Part shown: in pieces, positions 23,063 to 36,657 of the stretch
How positions within the stretch are numbered: position 1 is the stretch's first letter
Layout: the number at the start of each line of letters is the position of its first letter
The notes under the pieces: model-generated
The model's input: the letters and a program-made list of their open reading frames with translations, nothing else
Told to the model about the DNA's origin: nothing
Databases searched by the model: none
NCBI GenBank assembly: GCA_977862235.1
Contig: OZ374557.1
Coordinates: 2,046,001-2,110,000, forward strand
Length of the DNA: 64,000 nt
Direction of reading: 5' to 3'
Source of the DNA: Dudresnaya verticillata
Taxonomy: Eukaryota
Program-made: the position numbers and the translations under genes

Positions 23063-23825
23063 TCTAGTAGACGTCGGGTCGATCCGACGTCTGATACTCG
23101 CTGGCCCGAAGCCGTCACACAGACCCGTCCATGGGTAGCTGCTGTGTGATAGAGCGTTGTCCGGCGCGTGCGCCCCGCAGGTGTGGATCGATGGCGTCGA
23201 TGCCGGAGTGCGCACGGGGCGTACCGTACGCGGGTAGGCAGCGGCCGGATCCCAGCGTCCCTGTCGAAGGGCGGCACGAAGCCGACGGAAAGGAAAAGGA
23301 AAAGCCTAACTTGGCAAGAGAAAAAGGAGAACCGCCCGCTGGAGTAGAGGAAAGGGATCGAACCCGAAGGGCTAGGGGCAAGCTTCAGCGCGAGCTGTGG
23401 CTTGCCCGGTTTACTGAGCCGTCGGTGTCGGACGCCGTTAAATACCCTACACTATGTACACTACGGTTACTCCACAGTGGGTACGCCCTTTAGCACCAAT
23501 GCGGGAGGTGTGTATGCGCGCGCCCATACACGTGTCGACACGTCCGGGTAACGGCTACCCGTGGACGCGCTCGGAGCGTAACGGGTAGCGGCCCTCCCAA
23601 CGGCTCAATACAGGAGAGCGCCATTGGGGCGCGCCGTTTGCGGCATGGCGCGCGGCCGCTGCCGACGATAGTAAGGCGATCGACAGCGGCTAAAAGCAAC
23701 GAAAGAACTAAGGGCACGCTGCCCAACCACGACTTGCCAGCGGGCGTCGTTGGGTGCACCATTACATTGCGTAGCTGCGCACCTCTTACAGCCGCCACTG
23801 ATGGGGTGCTAACAGCTATACTACG
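23063..23825 (-). mobile_element. Solo LTR, family B, TSD GTATG, in the integrase of C
   Basis: Matches 9288-10068. GTATG at 23058-23062 and 23826-23830. Removal restores KLYHTLRREYYWP. Confidence 0.94.
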
Positions 23826-24641
23826 GTATGGTATAGCTTCCGCCCTCCTCGGTGTCCTGCCAACTTAGCGTGATGCCGGAGATGGGGCAAACGAACGCGT
23901 AACGTGGATGGTAAGAACACTTGAGGTCGGGGCTCGACGTTTCGGACCAACGGTCGCTGTTAGTCTGTTGCAAACGGTAAGGAGCTTCCTTTATCTAGAC
24001 GTCTCCGAATCTCGCAACTGTACTGGTCGTTGCCCTAAGCATGCGCCAACTATTCATGCATCAATTGACGGAGGATCGTCTCATCCGCCGGCGCCGCGTT
24101 GGTAACCAGCATCTGGTCGAACGCCTCGAACACGCATTCAGAGAAATCGACCTCACCTTTGGCGTTTGTTTGAAATGTCGCCTCCTGTGTTTGAGGAACC
24201 GCCTTCCTGCGAGTGGCCCCCGTCCTCGACTTAGCTTTCGTGATAACATGAGATATCATCGTCAATTGGTTCGACGGTTTCGCCATTCGTCTGTAGACGT
24301 GAAAGGGGATCTGGATGAGTATTCACATGAATATGTACCCCTTTTTGTATTTCACGACGAAGTCGAATTCAGAGAGATGAAGGAGCCATCGCATTAACCG
24401 TCCAGAGGGGTCGCTGATTTCCATCAGCCACCTCAACGAAGAGTGGCCCGTATGGACGCCGAAGAACTCCATCTTCAGGTCCGGTCTCAACGTATTGATG
24501 GACCAAACTACCGCGAGACATTCCTTTTCGGATAACGAGTAGTTTCGCTCCGGAGCGGTTAACGAGCGTGACCAAAAGCCAAGTGGTTCAGCGTAGGGCT
24601 GCGTTTGAAAGAGGCCGCAACCGACTTGGTATTCGCTCGCG

Positions 24642-25867
24642 TCATTCTACGGAATAGGGGAGACCCTGTTGTGGCAAACCCAGTATGGGCGGGTGTGTCA
24701 CAGCTTCGACAAGTGTGCTGGCTGCCTGGTCTTGCTCCTCTGTGAACGGTTTTAACCGGACGTCTTTCTCCTTCCTCAACAATTTGTTGAAGGGAGCGGC
24801 GACCTGCGCGTATCGCAACACGAATCGTCTATAGACGTTACACGATCCTAGGAAGCTCCGTAATTCCTTATATTCTCGCGGATGCTTAGCTTCGCGTAAC
24901 GCGGCAGTGACCGTATAGTCTACTTCCAATCGTCCCGGACGTATCACGTGACCCAAATAGTTGAAGGTCGGGGTGAACAAGGCACACTCGGTTAGCTTCA
25001 ATGTCATCTCAGCCCGATGTAGGGTCGAAAGGATCTCGTCAACGTGACGGAAGTGACTATAGATATCGTTAGAGAAGATGATCAAATCGTCAAGGTATAA
25101 GAGATATGAGCGCCACTTGTAGCCAGCAAGCAAGGTATCAAGAGTCCGTTGAAACGTGGCGGGCGCGTTCGTAAGAACGAAAGGCATATGCTTATAACGG
25201 AATAACCCGACATGGCACGTGAAAGCCGTCTTGTCGAGATCTCTCGGATTGATGGGCACCTTCCAGTAACCACTATCACCTTCTAGGGTAGTGAAGACAT
25301 TCGCTTCATCTAGACGGTCAATACATTCGTCAATACGTGGAAGAGTGTACGTATCTCGTACCGTCACCGAGTTTAAGAAACGGTAGTCAACGCAAAAACG
25401 GAGCGTACAGTCCTTTTTGGGAGCAAAGACGACCGGGACGGCCATGGCGATTGTGTGGGTTAGATAAACCCCTGACGCAACATGGGATCCATCTCCGTTT
25501 GAGCAAGTTGCCTCTTTTTTGGGCTAGAGCGATAGGGTAGGGATGATATTGGCCTTGAGCTGGGGAGCAAGTCGATATAGTGCTCCGTGGTTGCGATTTC
25601 TCCTAGCGAACCGTCACACATTGACGAGTACCTGCGTAATATCTCCTTCAGCCGGCCTTGATGTTCGACTGAGAGATGCCGCAAGTCCAAATCGTGCACT
25701 GACAGGGGATTAGCTGCAGTCTCTTCGATCGACTGAGCGAACGTATCCGGCTGTGCCCTTACTCCATCATTCGTTCGAAAACGGAAATCGTGATTCGCCT
25801 GTTCCCCCGCTGCCTGTTCCTCGGTTATACCTAGGACATCGGCCAGACTTATGTAACTGGGGAACAC
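24642..25867 (-). pseudogene. pol: Reverse transcriptase of element C
   Basis: PVVFAPKKDCTLRFCVDYR, MPFVLTNAPATFQR, LYLDDLIIFS, YLGHVI. Broken by a frameshift near 25450. Confidence 0.95.
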
Positions 25868-26699
25868 TACTGTGGGGGTGTGGAAACGCAGTAGCGACGA
25901 GTTGCCCTTTGAAGAGCGCTTGCGGACGTGGGGAAACGTTTGTGACTAGGATGCGGAACACTTTCAGTGGCTCAACTTGAACGACCCCGCTGGTAACGCC
26001 CGAAGCCTGTAGATCGTATAACGTTCCAAACTGTTGGATTTTAATAACTCCTGCTCGCTAGTTTTTTACCGAAATCCCCATTTGCGCCTGGGACGGGATG
26101 ATCGTTCATGCCGCAACCCGTATCTTGGGCGACGTTCGCCTTCCGGCTGTGCAGTACTCTTGTTCCGTTGGAAACGGGGGTACGACTGGGGCCGGTGCAG
26201 CGGGTGGCGCGTTATAAGGACGCGGGTTCCGTTGTCTAACTCAATCTCACGACTGCGACGATAAATTGCTTCGACAAGGCGGTGGCAAAAGTCGCAACCG
26301 AGTATAACCGGCGCAGCGAGCCGTTCACAAACGATTAGCTCCAACTCTACGTTCCCTCATCCGAGACGTACGACTAAGTCGATGGTACCACGGGTTTGAA
26401 TCGCCTTTTTGTTAGCGTCTGATATGACGCAGAGACCCTTGGATACGATCCGTGGGCATACTTCTAGCGGTATGTCGTCAATGCGAATGAAAGTCGGACC
26501 AGACCCCGTGTCGAGGAAAGTACGTTTTCGTGCCGAGGTACCAACGGTTGCGCCCAGGTCGGCGTATACCCTGTAGTTTCTTTTGGCCACTACCTACCAC
26601 TGTCCCTGCCTGTGGGGGGCTGGTAACTACACCATGGGCGCTTTGAAGACGTCTACGACGACTCTATCGGCCTGTCGGCGTATTCTTTAACTACGTGCG

Positions 26700-29235
26700 G
26701 GGCCCTTCTTCCTTTTCAACACCAACGGGGAGGCCTTTCTTCGTGTTGTGACACCCCAGTGTCCGTATTTGGTACCCTAATTGGTTTTTTGCCTTGGGCG
26801 GTTGTTGCGGCGCTGTTTAGCGATTGATCACCGTCGGTTGTTGTTCCGCTGCATGCGGCATAGGCCCGCCCCGTGTGGATGGTGGCCGTGCTGCATGGCG
26901 TGCTTCTTCACGCGCGGCGCGTTCCTTGCACCGAGTGTACACATCAATGGGAACCCCACCTTCTCGGCGTCTGTTAGCCTTCGTCGTTGGCGATAGACGT
27001 CATGTACTTGCTCCTACGGAGGAAACAGTCCGGTGGGATATGCCAACGGGCATATCACAAATGACATATCAACTATCTACGAATGTCTCGACGGAACGGA
27101 CCCCTTTCTGGACAACCGGGCCTTGCTGGGTGGACATGTGGGGCGTATTCTGAGTACAGAACGCGTGCCACGGGTACAACGGAACGCCTAAAGGCGAGTT
27201 TGGGGTCTATTGCCCCGGTGTCCTCTTCTTGGACGTAGCTGTGCGTTGGTAACGCTGAAGTTGGCAGTGACGCTTATTCATCAGCTAGGTAGAGGTCGTC
27301 ATTGGCTTGTGTCTCCATGTCGCCTGCACGATAAGTGAGATCGTGGAACTCAACGGAAGACGCCGCTATCATAGCGCGTGCGGTAGGATTCGTATCCCTC
27401 GTCTGTTGACGTAGTCCTGTTCGGTTATCGCCAGTAGCGAGGCGCAATGCGCGAGCGGCTTGGACCGGGGCCATTATATCCCTTCTTACTGACGTCGAGC
27501 CGGCTCTGCAGTGTCTTGCGCGATGCGCGTCGCCTTCGTCCCGAGCAAATTGGACTAATCGTTCGAAAGACAACTCCGCCCTTGGCGTTTCTTCGTGGAA
27601 GCGGGCCACTAGAGACCTGATCGACGGGCCCAACCCGTCGATTACAGTGTCATCTTTCCCACCCGGGATAAACGTTACCGCAACGAATGCATTCCGCTAC
27701 GAATCTCATGCCGTGGGTCGTCTCTTATTTTCCTTGATTCTGCCTAGTCGACCACAGGGCGCGGACAGCGTCTCGAATCGCCGCAGGCGTGGCGTACGTG
27801 CGGAGGAGGTAGTGTACCGCCTCCGGGTACGATGATACGCCGCCACGGTGCCGTGAGGACGTCGGCTTGACGGAGCGGAATTTCGTGGCTGTCGTACCTC
27901 GTAAGAAGTACAGCAGGGTGACAAACGCTTGGGCTTCACTCATCTCTAGCGTATCTGCCTCATCGGCGAACCGCATTGAAACGTTGAGGATCATGACGGG
28001 GTCGCTGGCGTTGAAGGCGGCATCCTCCATCGTCAACGCGCGTCGCTTGATATGATCTTTGACCTTCCCGGTCTCGAGTCCAGAGCGCGTCTGCTCTACG
28101 TCTCGAAGAAGGTATGTTCGATATTATAGCAACTGATCAAAGAGAGGGTTGGAGGGGCTTAGCTCCTTCAACCCCTTTCATCGCTTACCGCGGGCCCCAT
28201 GGCACTTCCATGACCCGGGCGATCGTCGCCGTCCGACGATGCGTCGGATGACCCATCGTCACTAGACATATCTAAGGAGGATGGGCACGAGTCCCCCCGT
28301 CTACGACGGCCCATTTTCCGTACATGATGCGACTTGCGGCGGTTCTTGCCTCGTCTTTTCCGATTCTTACGTCGGGAACGGCCTTCCTCTGAACGGTCAT
28401 CGTCAGACAACATCCTCTGACTCCACCGGGCGGTTTCCAGCCGCTCTAAGCGGGTGGGCAACTCCTGAAAGCGTTCGCGTGAACTAAACTCCGACTGGGA
28501 ATGGACCATCAGTGCTGCTGGCTGTGGAGCGTCTGCGTCACGGTTAGGGTTCGTCATCCGACGGTCGACGTCGGAACGGAGGCCTTGAGCGGTACTGCCC
28601 CGATCCTCTTCCAACGTCTTTAGACGGCTAAAAATGCCTCCGACATTTTCATCGAGCATTTCTGCCAATCTAAAGAGTAGCGTATCGTCTTCGGGGACCC
28701 ATAGTTCCCGGATCCGCTCGCGAGGTATCGTGAGATTACCAACGCAGGCGGATGCTGGGGACGCCACTGGCGGTGTACGCGAGGGGGTCGGTCTATGGGG
28801 CGAATCCCCCGCGTTGCACTGTTGCGCTATCGGCCTGGCCGGTGAGCATCCGACACTGCCGTGGGGTGAGGGGCTGCAGCGCCTCGGGCTAGGTATCTCG
28901 TCGACGACGTTATGCTCCACAGGGCGCCCTTGATCGGCGTTGACGGGGATGGTTCGTTGGTTGTCCGGAACTTCCGATTGTTCCTCGACATTGTCGGCTT
29001 GCGTTCCGTCCTCGACGGGTCGCTGCTCGGCCGAGACCGTGTCAGCAGAATCCACGTACGAGTGGTAGATACGGAGGGCTGATTCGTTGGCAACGGAGGT
29101 GCAGATAACAACGGGTATCGGCGGGGGAGGTATTTCTCCCCTGTGTAGTGAAGCATGAGAGCGGCCGTGACCCGGGTCGGTCTGAAATGCCGATGCGATC
29201 TCCGGCACCACGAGGTGCCCTGATCCCGTTGCCAT
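26700..29235 (-). pseudogene. gag: gag of element C
   Basis: Lies between PBS and protease. The DPVMILN..EAQAF..YFLRG segment parallels gag A (DPIKVLAF..EGAA..WFLDE). Knuckle CHL*YARWHIPPDC at ~27025-27067 has a Cys-to-stop change. Confidence 0.85.
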
Positions 29236-29457
29236 TCGCTGTAGAGACCGTTCCGACGGGGATACTCACAGGCGTCGATGACGGTCTTCTGCTTGGGCAG
29301 CCCAAGTCTCCTCAACTTGGGCCTCGCGGCGGCGGCGGTCGTGAGGCCATGATGCAGTCGTAGGGCAGCTTTAACGTCGTGGACGATTAGCGGCGATCTT
29401 CTGATGACGGTAAGTTGGACGTCACACGACGGAGTCACTCGTTGAAACGCGGCACAC

Positions 29458-29475
29458 TTCTATGTCGGGAGACCA
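29458..29475 (-). promoter_or_regulatory. Primer-binding site of element C
   Basis: Minus strand TGGTCTCCCGACATAGAA, 2 nt after the LTR end (...TGCACCACA). Confidence 0.85.
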
Positions 29476-29789
29476 GTTGTGGTGCAAAGCGTCCGTGGAC
29501 GATCTACAACTCCGGACCGTTCGGCGTCCGGTGAGTAGCCCCTTGTAGCGGGATAGGTGCGGTAGAGCAAAGGGGACTCGCTGAGGGTGGACTGTAAACA
29601 CCCTGGATGGTAAAGGGAAAAACAGAGGAAAAAGAGAAAAACTGCAAAAGGAAACACGTCTTGGACACGGTGCGGACGTGGAAGCGCGGTAGGGCAGACG
29701 CTTGAGCCTCAAGTCTAGCGGGCAGGTACGCGTAGCGTGAGAAGGGTAGTCTGGACCAACGCAGGTGCGAGTTCACATTCACAATCACC

Positions 29790-31317
29790 CTTGACAGGAA
29801 CCAAACGCCATCGAATAACAGCAACGATAGGAGTAGATGACATTAGAGACTACTTTGGAAGTAACTTCAACGTTTTGGATAACATAGAACACATCAATAC
29901 CGGGTCTGTTCGGGTTGAATTGCGCCAAAGTCCGGAGCAGACTTTCGGTTTTCAGGAATATCACGACATGCCAAGTCAGTGCGCTTCGAAGAATGGCACT
30001 GAGAAAGAACCAGATCGATACTGGTCGTCGCGAGAGGAATTGAGGACTCGCAGTTTGGAGGACCTTCCTGTTGCTGTGCGGAAGGAGTCCTGTTTCTACT
30101 ATTTCATTGATTGGGGCGATATCGTAGAGATAAATCTCAATGTATTAGAAACAAGAAGGCTTCACCGCCGTACTGATGGCCACGAATCCGGATCAATTGA
30201 AAATCCACAACAGCGGGGAAACCTGGGGATCGCTGCGAAGACACACTTTCTTCTCATGTCTGGGCGACTGGAATGCACAGGTTTCTCATTTGATGCAGGT
30301 GTGCTGAGCAAGGGATTAAAGGGTAAGCTCAAGTCCAGAATAAACAATACATTTGAGCACGCCACGGGTGAGACCACGAGCGCATTTGACCTGCATGACT
30401 GCACAACAGGCAGAAAGAGGACAAGGTATGCCGTGGGTGACATATTCACAGAGAACGACCATTCAATATCGGCTTTAGACAAAGAGGGTACACGAACCTA
30501 CAGAAGTTACCTGCAGAAATGCGTATTCCAGTTTTCTTCTTTGAAATTGCAAGAGGAAGCTGAAAACGTTGATCCGGATGAGCAATCGTTTGCGTCGAGA
30601 TCATTCCTGGTAAATGTCGTTTAGACTTCTTTATCACACGATACCTCGAGAATATGGACGAAAGAACTCCCGAGAGTCCCCTTCCGTCCCCTTCGCGGAT
30701 CACTGCAAGGCTCTTATCTAGTGAAATAGGGATATTCGTCCAGGGGCTTGAACCCACATACAAGATTCATGCAGCCGGCACCAGGATGGAGTAGCGCCGG
30801 TTGTTCTAAGGTGAGAACCTCAGATGTTACACCAAGTGGCCATTGTGAATTCGCCTTACCTTTGAAGAAGTATGCTGTTCCTCCTGAGATACGTACTCTC
30901 ACTGTCTTATTTACTGGGGATCAGCCCTTTACACTGCGAATATGGCCCCATTCCCACATCTATGGTAACACCAAGAGCGCACCATCAAGAGCTGCACTGC
31001 AAAAACCACTACCTTCAAGATTGGTTCTGGTACCTTCTTATAGCCTTTTGTTCGGCCGCGGAGACGTAGCAATTACATACCCCTCGGAAGAGGAAATAAA
31101 AATGGCTCCCGGGAAGTCGTCTGCAGTAACATACGCTTTGAGCGAAGGAAGGAACATATCTCAAGCGGGGAGGGATTCCGTGCTTTTGAAGAGTGGCAAT
31201 GATGCATTCGAATCTAACATGCACGGAATACTGCATTTCTACAGGGATGGTGGATCCGTCTGCGCGCACCTTGCTTCTCCGTCCGGACCACAGAGGACGC
31301 TGAGACTGATATCCTGA
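29790..31317 (+). pseudogene. 5'-truncated, frameshifted gene with a PhyH-like / 2OG-Fe(II) dioxygenase-like C-terminal region
   Basis: Two long ORFs (29737-30624, 30748-31317) in ~50% GC DNA. Motifs GHCEF, FTLRIWPHSH and LVLVPSYSLLFGRGD resemble the PhyH HxD, LxVxPGSH and VxxxxGxxLFF patterns. The distal His is absent. Confidence 0.5.
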
Positions 31318-31933
31318 CAGACTGCAGCGTTTTGTACGAAAACGCAACCTGAACAAGTCGGCACTCTCCATGACGCATGTATGGCGATATTAGCTATGCA
31401 CAATATCATTGAATGGCACATAGTGCATATTCGGCACGCAATTAATTGGAACTGGACTGTTTATTCTATTCATACAGTGGAAATTGTTTAAGGAAAACTT
31501 AAAAGTTGATCGAGGTGGTTTTCATGTGTGGAGCAACTTGTGAACAATGTTGCAATACAACTCTATTAGTTGTTTGACATACAGGATATATGTTACAATT
31601 GTATACACTTGCTTCCCTGTTGAAGCATCCAAGTGGAAATAGATAGAAGCAGATATTGTATCCTTGTCATAGAAGAGATCATCTGAGTATCGTGTATGCG
31701 CAGCTGTTAAGGAAATGGTAAGTGTAATAGAGTATCCCTAGTATTAGCTAGTTGGGTATAAATAGAGGCAGAGAGTAGTGCCTCTGATAAACTAGGTATC
31801 TGATCACGGACATTGTGAAGAGATCTCCATTTATCCCTAACCTACGAGAGAGTGTCCTATAACTTCTCTAAAGTAACTACTTTGTTGCAACAGTAGTAAG
31901 CAGTTCTGTTCACTGTTTCGAAGTACTGGGTTT

Positions 31934-32918
31934 ATGGTAAGAACCCGGCAAACCAACTACGACGTTGACCCGGAAACGTATCACGCTGACATGGCGGAGG
32001 ATAATAATGCTACTTCCGTAGAAAGGAAGTCTACGGTTTTTGAGACACTAGCTCATCCTGTATTGAGAAGTGTAGACCCAAAGAAGGTAGTCGTATTTTT
32101 ACGAGAAAGAGCAAGATACGAATTAGAAGTCGATGAACGGAGAAAAGAAGTGCCTACTATGACAGTTGCCTCTTATGCTGTCTCCGTGGATCGTATTTTG
32201 CTGCAGAATATGATAACAGTGGGTGCGTTAGATATTATCGCCCCTGGTGTGTCTATTGAAGAAATTACAGATGCTCAGATAGAAGCATATGTAAAGAGTA
32301 TTGTGAGAAGACGAGAAGGGGAAGAAGTTGACCCAGCTGTGATTGAAAAGGCCGTCGAGAACGTCCGAATGCAGATGGACATAGAAGATCGCTCCGCTCG
32401 CATATTGGAATTTGCTAACACGTTCTTAAAAAAATTAGAAGGTGTTGGATACGCTACGTTCAAGACTGAAAATCCGAAGAAAACTATTGCCCTCATGCAA
32501 GAGCTCCTTTACCCAAGATTCTGAAATATACCATGGCCTCTCACCTTGAATATCAGGAGGGATTAAAGAAAGATTTAAAGGCTTATGTGAAGCTGCTCTG
32601 TAAACAAGCTAAGATATGTGATCGAAAAAAATGGAGGAAAAATCTAAGAAGTCAAAAGGAGCAAATGAAAGTGGTGCCGCGGTTAACAACCCGGATAAAA
32701 AGAAAAATGGCTCACATAAAAGTGAGAAGGAAAGTAAGGCAGTAATTGCGAAACAAACCAAGACGTCTAAAATTCCGTTATGCCTCAATCCGGAACATAA
32801 GAAGAAAGGAATTCGGCATTTCCTGAGGGACTGTGACCTTACATCAAAAGATGAAGCAGTACAATTGCTAAAAGCTGCTAGAGAGAAACAACGTCACGAA
32901 TATCGGAAAGCGATTTAG
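31934..32918 (+). pseudogene. gag: gag of element E
   Basis: ORF pieces 31934-32524, 32533-32745 and 32631-32918. Variant knuckle CLNPEH..RHFLRDC. Confidence 0.85.
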
Positions 32919-32932
32919 AGAAGGACAAAGGA

Positions 32933-35900
32933 TTGGAATCAAGTACTAAATTGGAAGCTATTTTCGCTTCTAAGGTACAGCGTGTGCTCTGTGCAGATGG
33001 TGGATCTGATATTAACTTAATGCTGGAAGAGCTTCTTGCGTCATTGCTGTCACATGGAGCTAAGGTGACAGTTAACAGTTTTCAGCACGTAAGGCAGTTT
33101 GGATTAGGAACAAAACATTGAGTGGAGGAGACTACCTTATCAGTCGTTTGTAAGAAGATGGCCGTAATGGATGTCGAACTAAAGATCAGGCACGGCAAAA
33201 CCTTAATGTTGCGTAACTTATCTTGGTATGTCACTGCTCAGGAAATGAGTGAGCCATTACTAGGGCGTCCGGTATTGGAAGCACTTGGTTTAGATACTAA
33301 GGAGCTACTCACTGCAGCCTGTGATAGACTGAATGGAAATTTCGATCTAAAGGACAAACAATCGGCCCCCCGAAGAACACAAAAATAGCTCGGCTACTGT
33401 CGGAGGGTGTGTATCATTCCGACAAAGGTATTAATCAGACAGCGGAAACTGTCGGAGACCATGATTTTCTTGATATAGGGAAGGACACAGAGGTAACAAT
33501 TAAGGGTGTACTACAATTATTAGTGCAAAATGCAGTCAAAAATGGTCTACCGAACCAGCATATCGACCGTCTAAAGACTATGGTGGATACATACTGGAAT
33601 GTTTTCCGGTTAAGACTAGGTCCTGATCCTCCTGCAAAAGTGGAGCCCATGAAGATACAGGTCAAGGAAAATTCTCGGCCGGTTATAGCAAAAGTTAGAA
33701 GATACACTACTGATCAGAGGGTCTTCATTGAGAATTTTACTAAGCGTCTATTGTAATACGGGTTGATTAAGCCGAATCCGAATGCGACTTGGGCTGCAGC
33801 CCCACTTATCGTTGAAAAGCCCGGCCCATCTAAGTACCGACTGACCTTTGATTATCGCCCGATTACCTCAGCGACAGTACAGACTGCGTGGACGACGCCA
33901 CATGTCGAATCAGAGTTGATGGACATGGCAGGTAGCAAATACTTTGCAAAACTAGATCTATGTCAGGGGTATTGGCAGATGCCACTACACCCTGATTCCC
34001 AACCATTATGCAGTTTCACGACACCCCGGGGCATTTTTCAACCAACAAGGACAACCCAAGGAATCATGAATGGGAGTTCAAATTTCTCATCTCGCGTTGA
34101 ACCTTGCTTTCAAAAAATTCGAGATTCTTACGAGGTCGATCCTTTCAAGGCATGGCTCGATGACCTCGTCACCCATGCCCCTACAGTAACTGAATTGCTT
34201 GAAAAATTGGAAATGTTCCTGAAGATATGTGAAGAAAAGAATTTAAAACTTTCTGCTAAGAAGTGTGTACTTTTCGTGAAAGAAGTAACGTGGTGTGGGC
34301 GCATTATTGACGCCCAAGGCGTTAGATTTGATCCATCGCGTCTGGAAGGACTGCAGAGGATAAACATGCCACGATCAGCAGGGGAACTCTGCGAGTATGT
34401 TTACTGCTTGCAATGGATGTCAACCTCTATTCCTAAATTTGTGGAGAGAATAGACCCATTAAGAATCATTCTAGAAGAAGCATACAAGCGCGTAGGATCT
34501 AGAAAGAAGAGACACATTAAGGGAATTCAATTGTCAGATTTGTCATGGGGCCCTGTACAAGAAACAGCGTTTCATGACCTTCAATTCCAAATCAGAGACT
34601 CGGTGAAGTTGGTTCACCGAAGGCCAAGTTGGGAAATTTGTGTCTTTAGATGCGTCGGATTTATTTTGGTCTGGAGTGGTTACGCAATGTCCTAAAGAAG
34701 AGTTGTGTAAGGAGGCAACGGATCAGAAGCATGAACCATTAGCATCTCTGGGTTCTGCGTTTACGAACACAGAGCAAGGGTGGACTACCTTCGAGAAAGA
34801 GGCGTTCTCTACAGTGCAGTCATTTAAGAAAATGGATTACATGCTGTTGATCGAGAAGAATACCCATATATTTACCGACCACCGGAACTTACTTTTTGTT
34901 TACAACCCGGAAGCCATAGAACCAGCTTTGGGTCGACATATTGTCACCAAAGTACAACGTTGGGCATTATACTTGTCACGTTACTCGTACTCAATTGAGC
35001 ATATTGAAGGAACCAGTAACACTATGGCTGATATCATGACCAGATGGTACAGAGGGTATCGAGGGAGACCTAAGTCCGTAAAGCGCATATCACATATTAT
35101 TGTGCATAGGGATATTGCGGAAACCCCGTTGGCTGAGAAGTTCAAATGGCCAAGTCATGAAATGATCTTCAAGTCCCAGAAGCTCCATGCAGGTGACAAG
35201 CCATCTCCTACAACCAAAAAGGACAATGGGCTTCTGACAATAGGAAAATATGTTTGGATACCTGAAGCAGATACGGAGCTGCAGCTTAAAATATTGGTGA
35301 TAGCCCACTGCGGTGCTGCTGGTCACCGAGGAGGCGAGACTACGAGGAACATCGTGAATGAGTTATACACTTGGAAAACACTGAGAGACGATTGTTTGGA
35401 GTTTGTCGGAAAATGTCTACATTGTTTAGTAGCAAAGAGTGGGCTGAGAGTCCCTCGACCTCTAGCATTACAGACACATGGGACAACACCTAATGAAGTG
35501 ATACACTTTGACTTCCTCTACATGGGTCCTGGTCTGCAAAGTTTAAAATATGTATTGGTGATCAGTGATGACCTTTCATCATATTGCGGGCTTTGTCCCA
35601 CTAGGAATGCTGACGGAGACTCTGCAGCAGCTGAGATAGCCCGATGGGTAAGAACATTTACACCAATGAGTATTTGGATCAGTGATCAACGAAGTCACTT
35701 CAAGAATGAGGTCATGAAAATACTTGCTTCAGTCTATAAGGTTAAGCACCAATTTACAATAGCCAATTCCCCTTGGGTGAATGGAACAGTTGAAAACTGT
35801 ATGCGGAAGATTAGAGCTGCATGCCAATCGTTACTTTCGGAAATGAAGCTCGGACCGCAGGATTGGCCAATCGTATTAGGAATGGTAATGTCCGCTCTAA

Positions 35901-36657
35901 ATGAGGCACCACTATATCGATTAGGAAAACATAAGGATGGTACAGTTCTATCCCCATTAGAAGTATTTACTGGGCTCAGACGAAGAAGATCTCAGATGCT
36001 ATATGGAAAAGGCATTGAAGAATCAGGTGGCGATTACACAATAGAACGAGTCAGAGGCATTCAACTGATGCGTATCGTAGGTATTCAGTCTGCCATTGGA
36101 AATTTGCATAAGCACGTGTCGGAAAAGTTTCTAAGAATCGGAAGCGGCAAATAGAACATCACAACAAAAAGACCAATCTGGTCTCTCCCAACTTCAGTAT
36201 TGGAGATTATGTGTTAGTCCGGCGAGCACAAGACAAAGGGCATAAGATGAAGTTTAGGTGGCTTGGCCCAAGAACTATTTCCGATGTCATAAGTGATGTT
36301 ATATATGATGTTAAGGGTTTACAAGATGGAAAAACCGAAAGAGTACATGCTGCTCGTCTCATGAAATATAGAGCTGATATGGATGGTGTTCCAGTCTTTC
36401 CGGAATTGATGGCATAGGTAGAACACCTTGAGGCGAAATATGAATTAATCGAAAATCTACTAGACATAGGAAAGGCACATGATGGTTTATTCATTCAAGT
36501 CGAATGGATGGGATTGCCTGACAAATATGATTGGACGTGGAACTCCATTGAGCAACTATATGATGATGTGCCTGAAAAGGTACTGAAGTTTTTAACTACT
36601 ACGAAGAAAAAAGTCCTTGCCAAGAAAGCTTTGGACAAACTGAACATTGTCATATAG
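32933..36657 (+). pseudogene. pol: pol of element E (PR, RT, RNase H, integrase, chromodomain)
   Basis: LCADGGSD..LLGRPVL (PR), DLCQGYWQ and AWLDD (RT), DASD..EKEAF..FTDHRNL (RNase H), AHCG..GH..CLHC and IHFDF..ISDQ..NGTVE (INT), IQVEWMGLP..DWTW at ~36490-36545 (chromodomain). Confidence 0.95.

Larger units (their letters stand above)
21044..29780 (-). mobile_element. Decayed, nearly full-length Gypsy chromovirus, element C
   Basis: Partial 5' LTR from 29478, PBS 29458-29475, gag ~29235-26700, PR FLDTGSG (26357-26590), RT LYLDD (24642-25867), RNase H ~24300-24640, integrase ~22200-23900, chromodomain KEYVIER..LKWF*YS..NTWEP ~21340-21490, short 3' LTR remnant 21044-21168. The right boundary is approximate. 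Confidence 0.93.

Noticed and set aside
31893..31933. tRNA or self-priming PBS for element E
   Set aside because: No TGG-initiated tRNA complement follows the LTR, and complementarity to the LTR R region is too weak to call.
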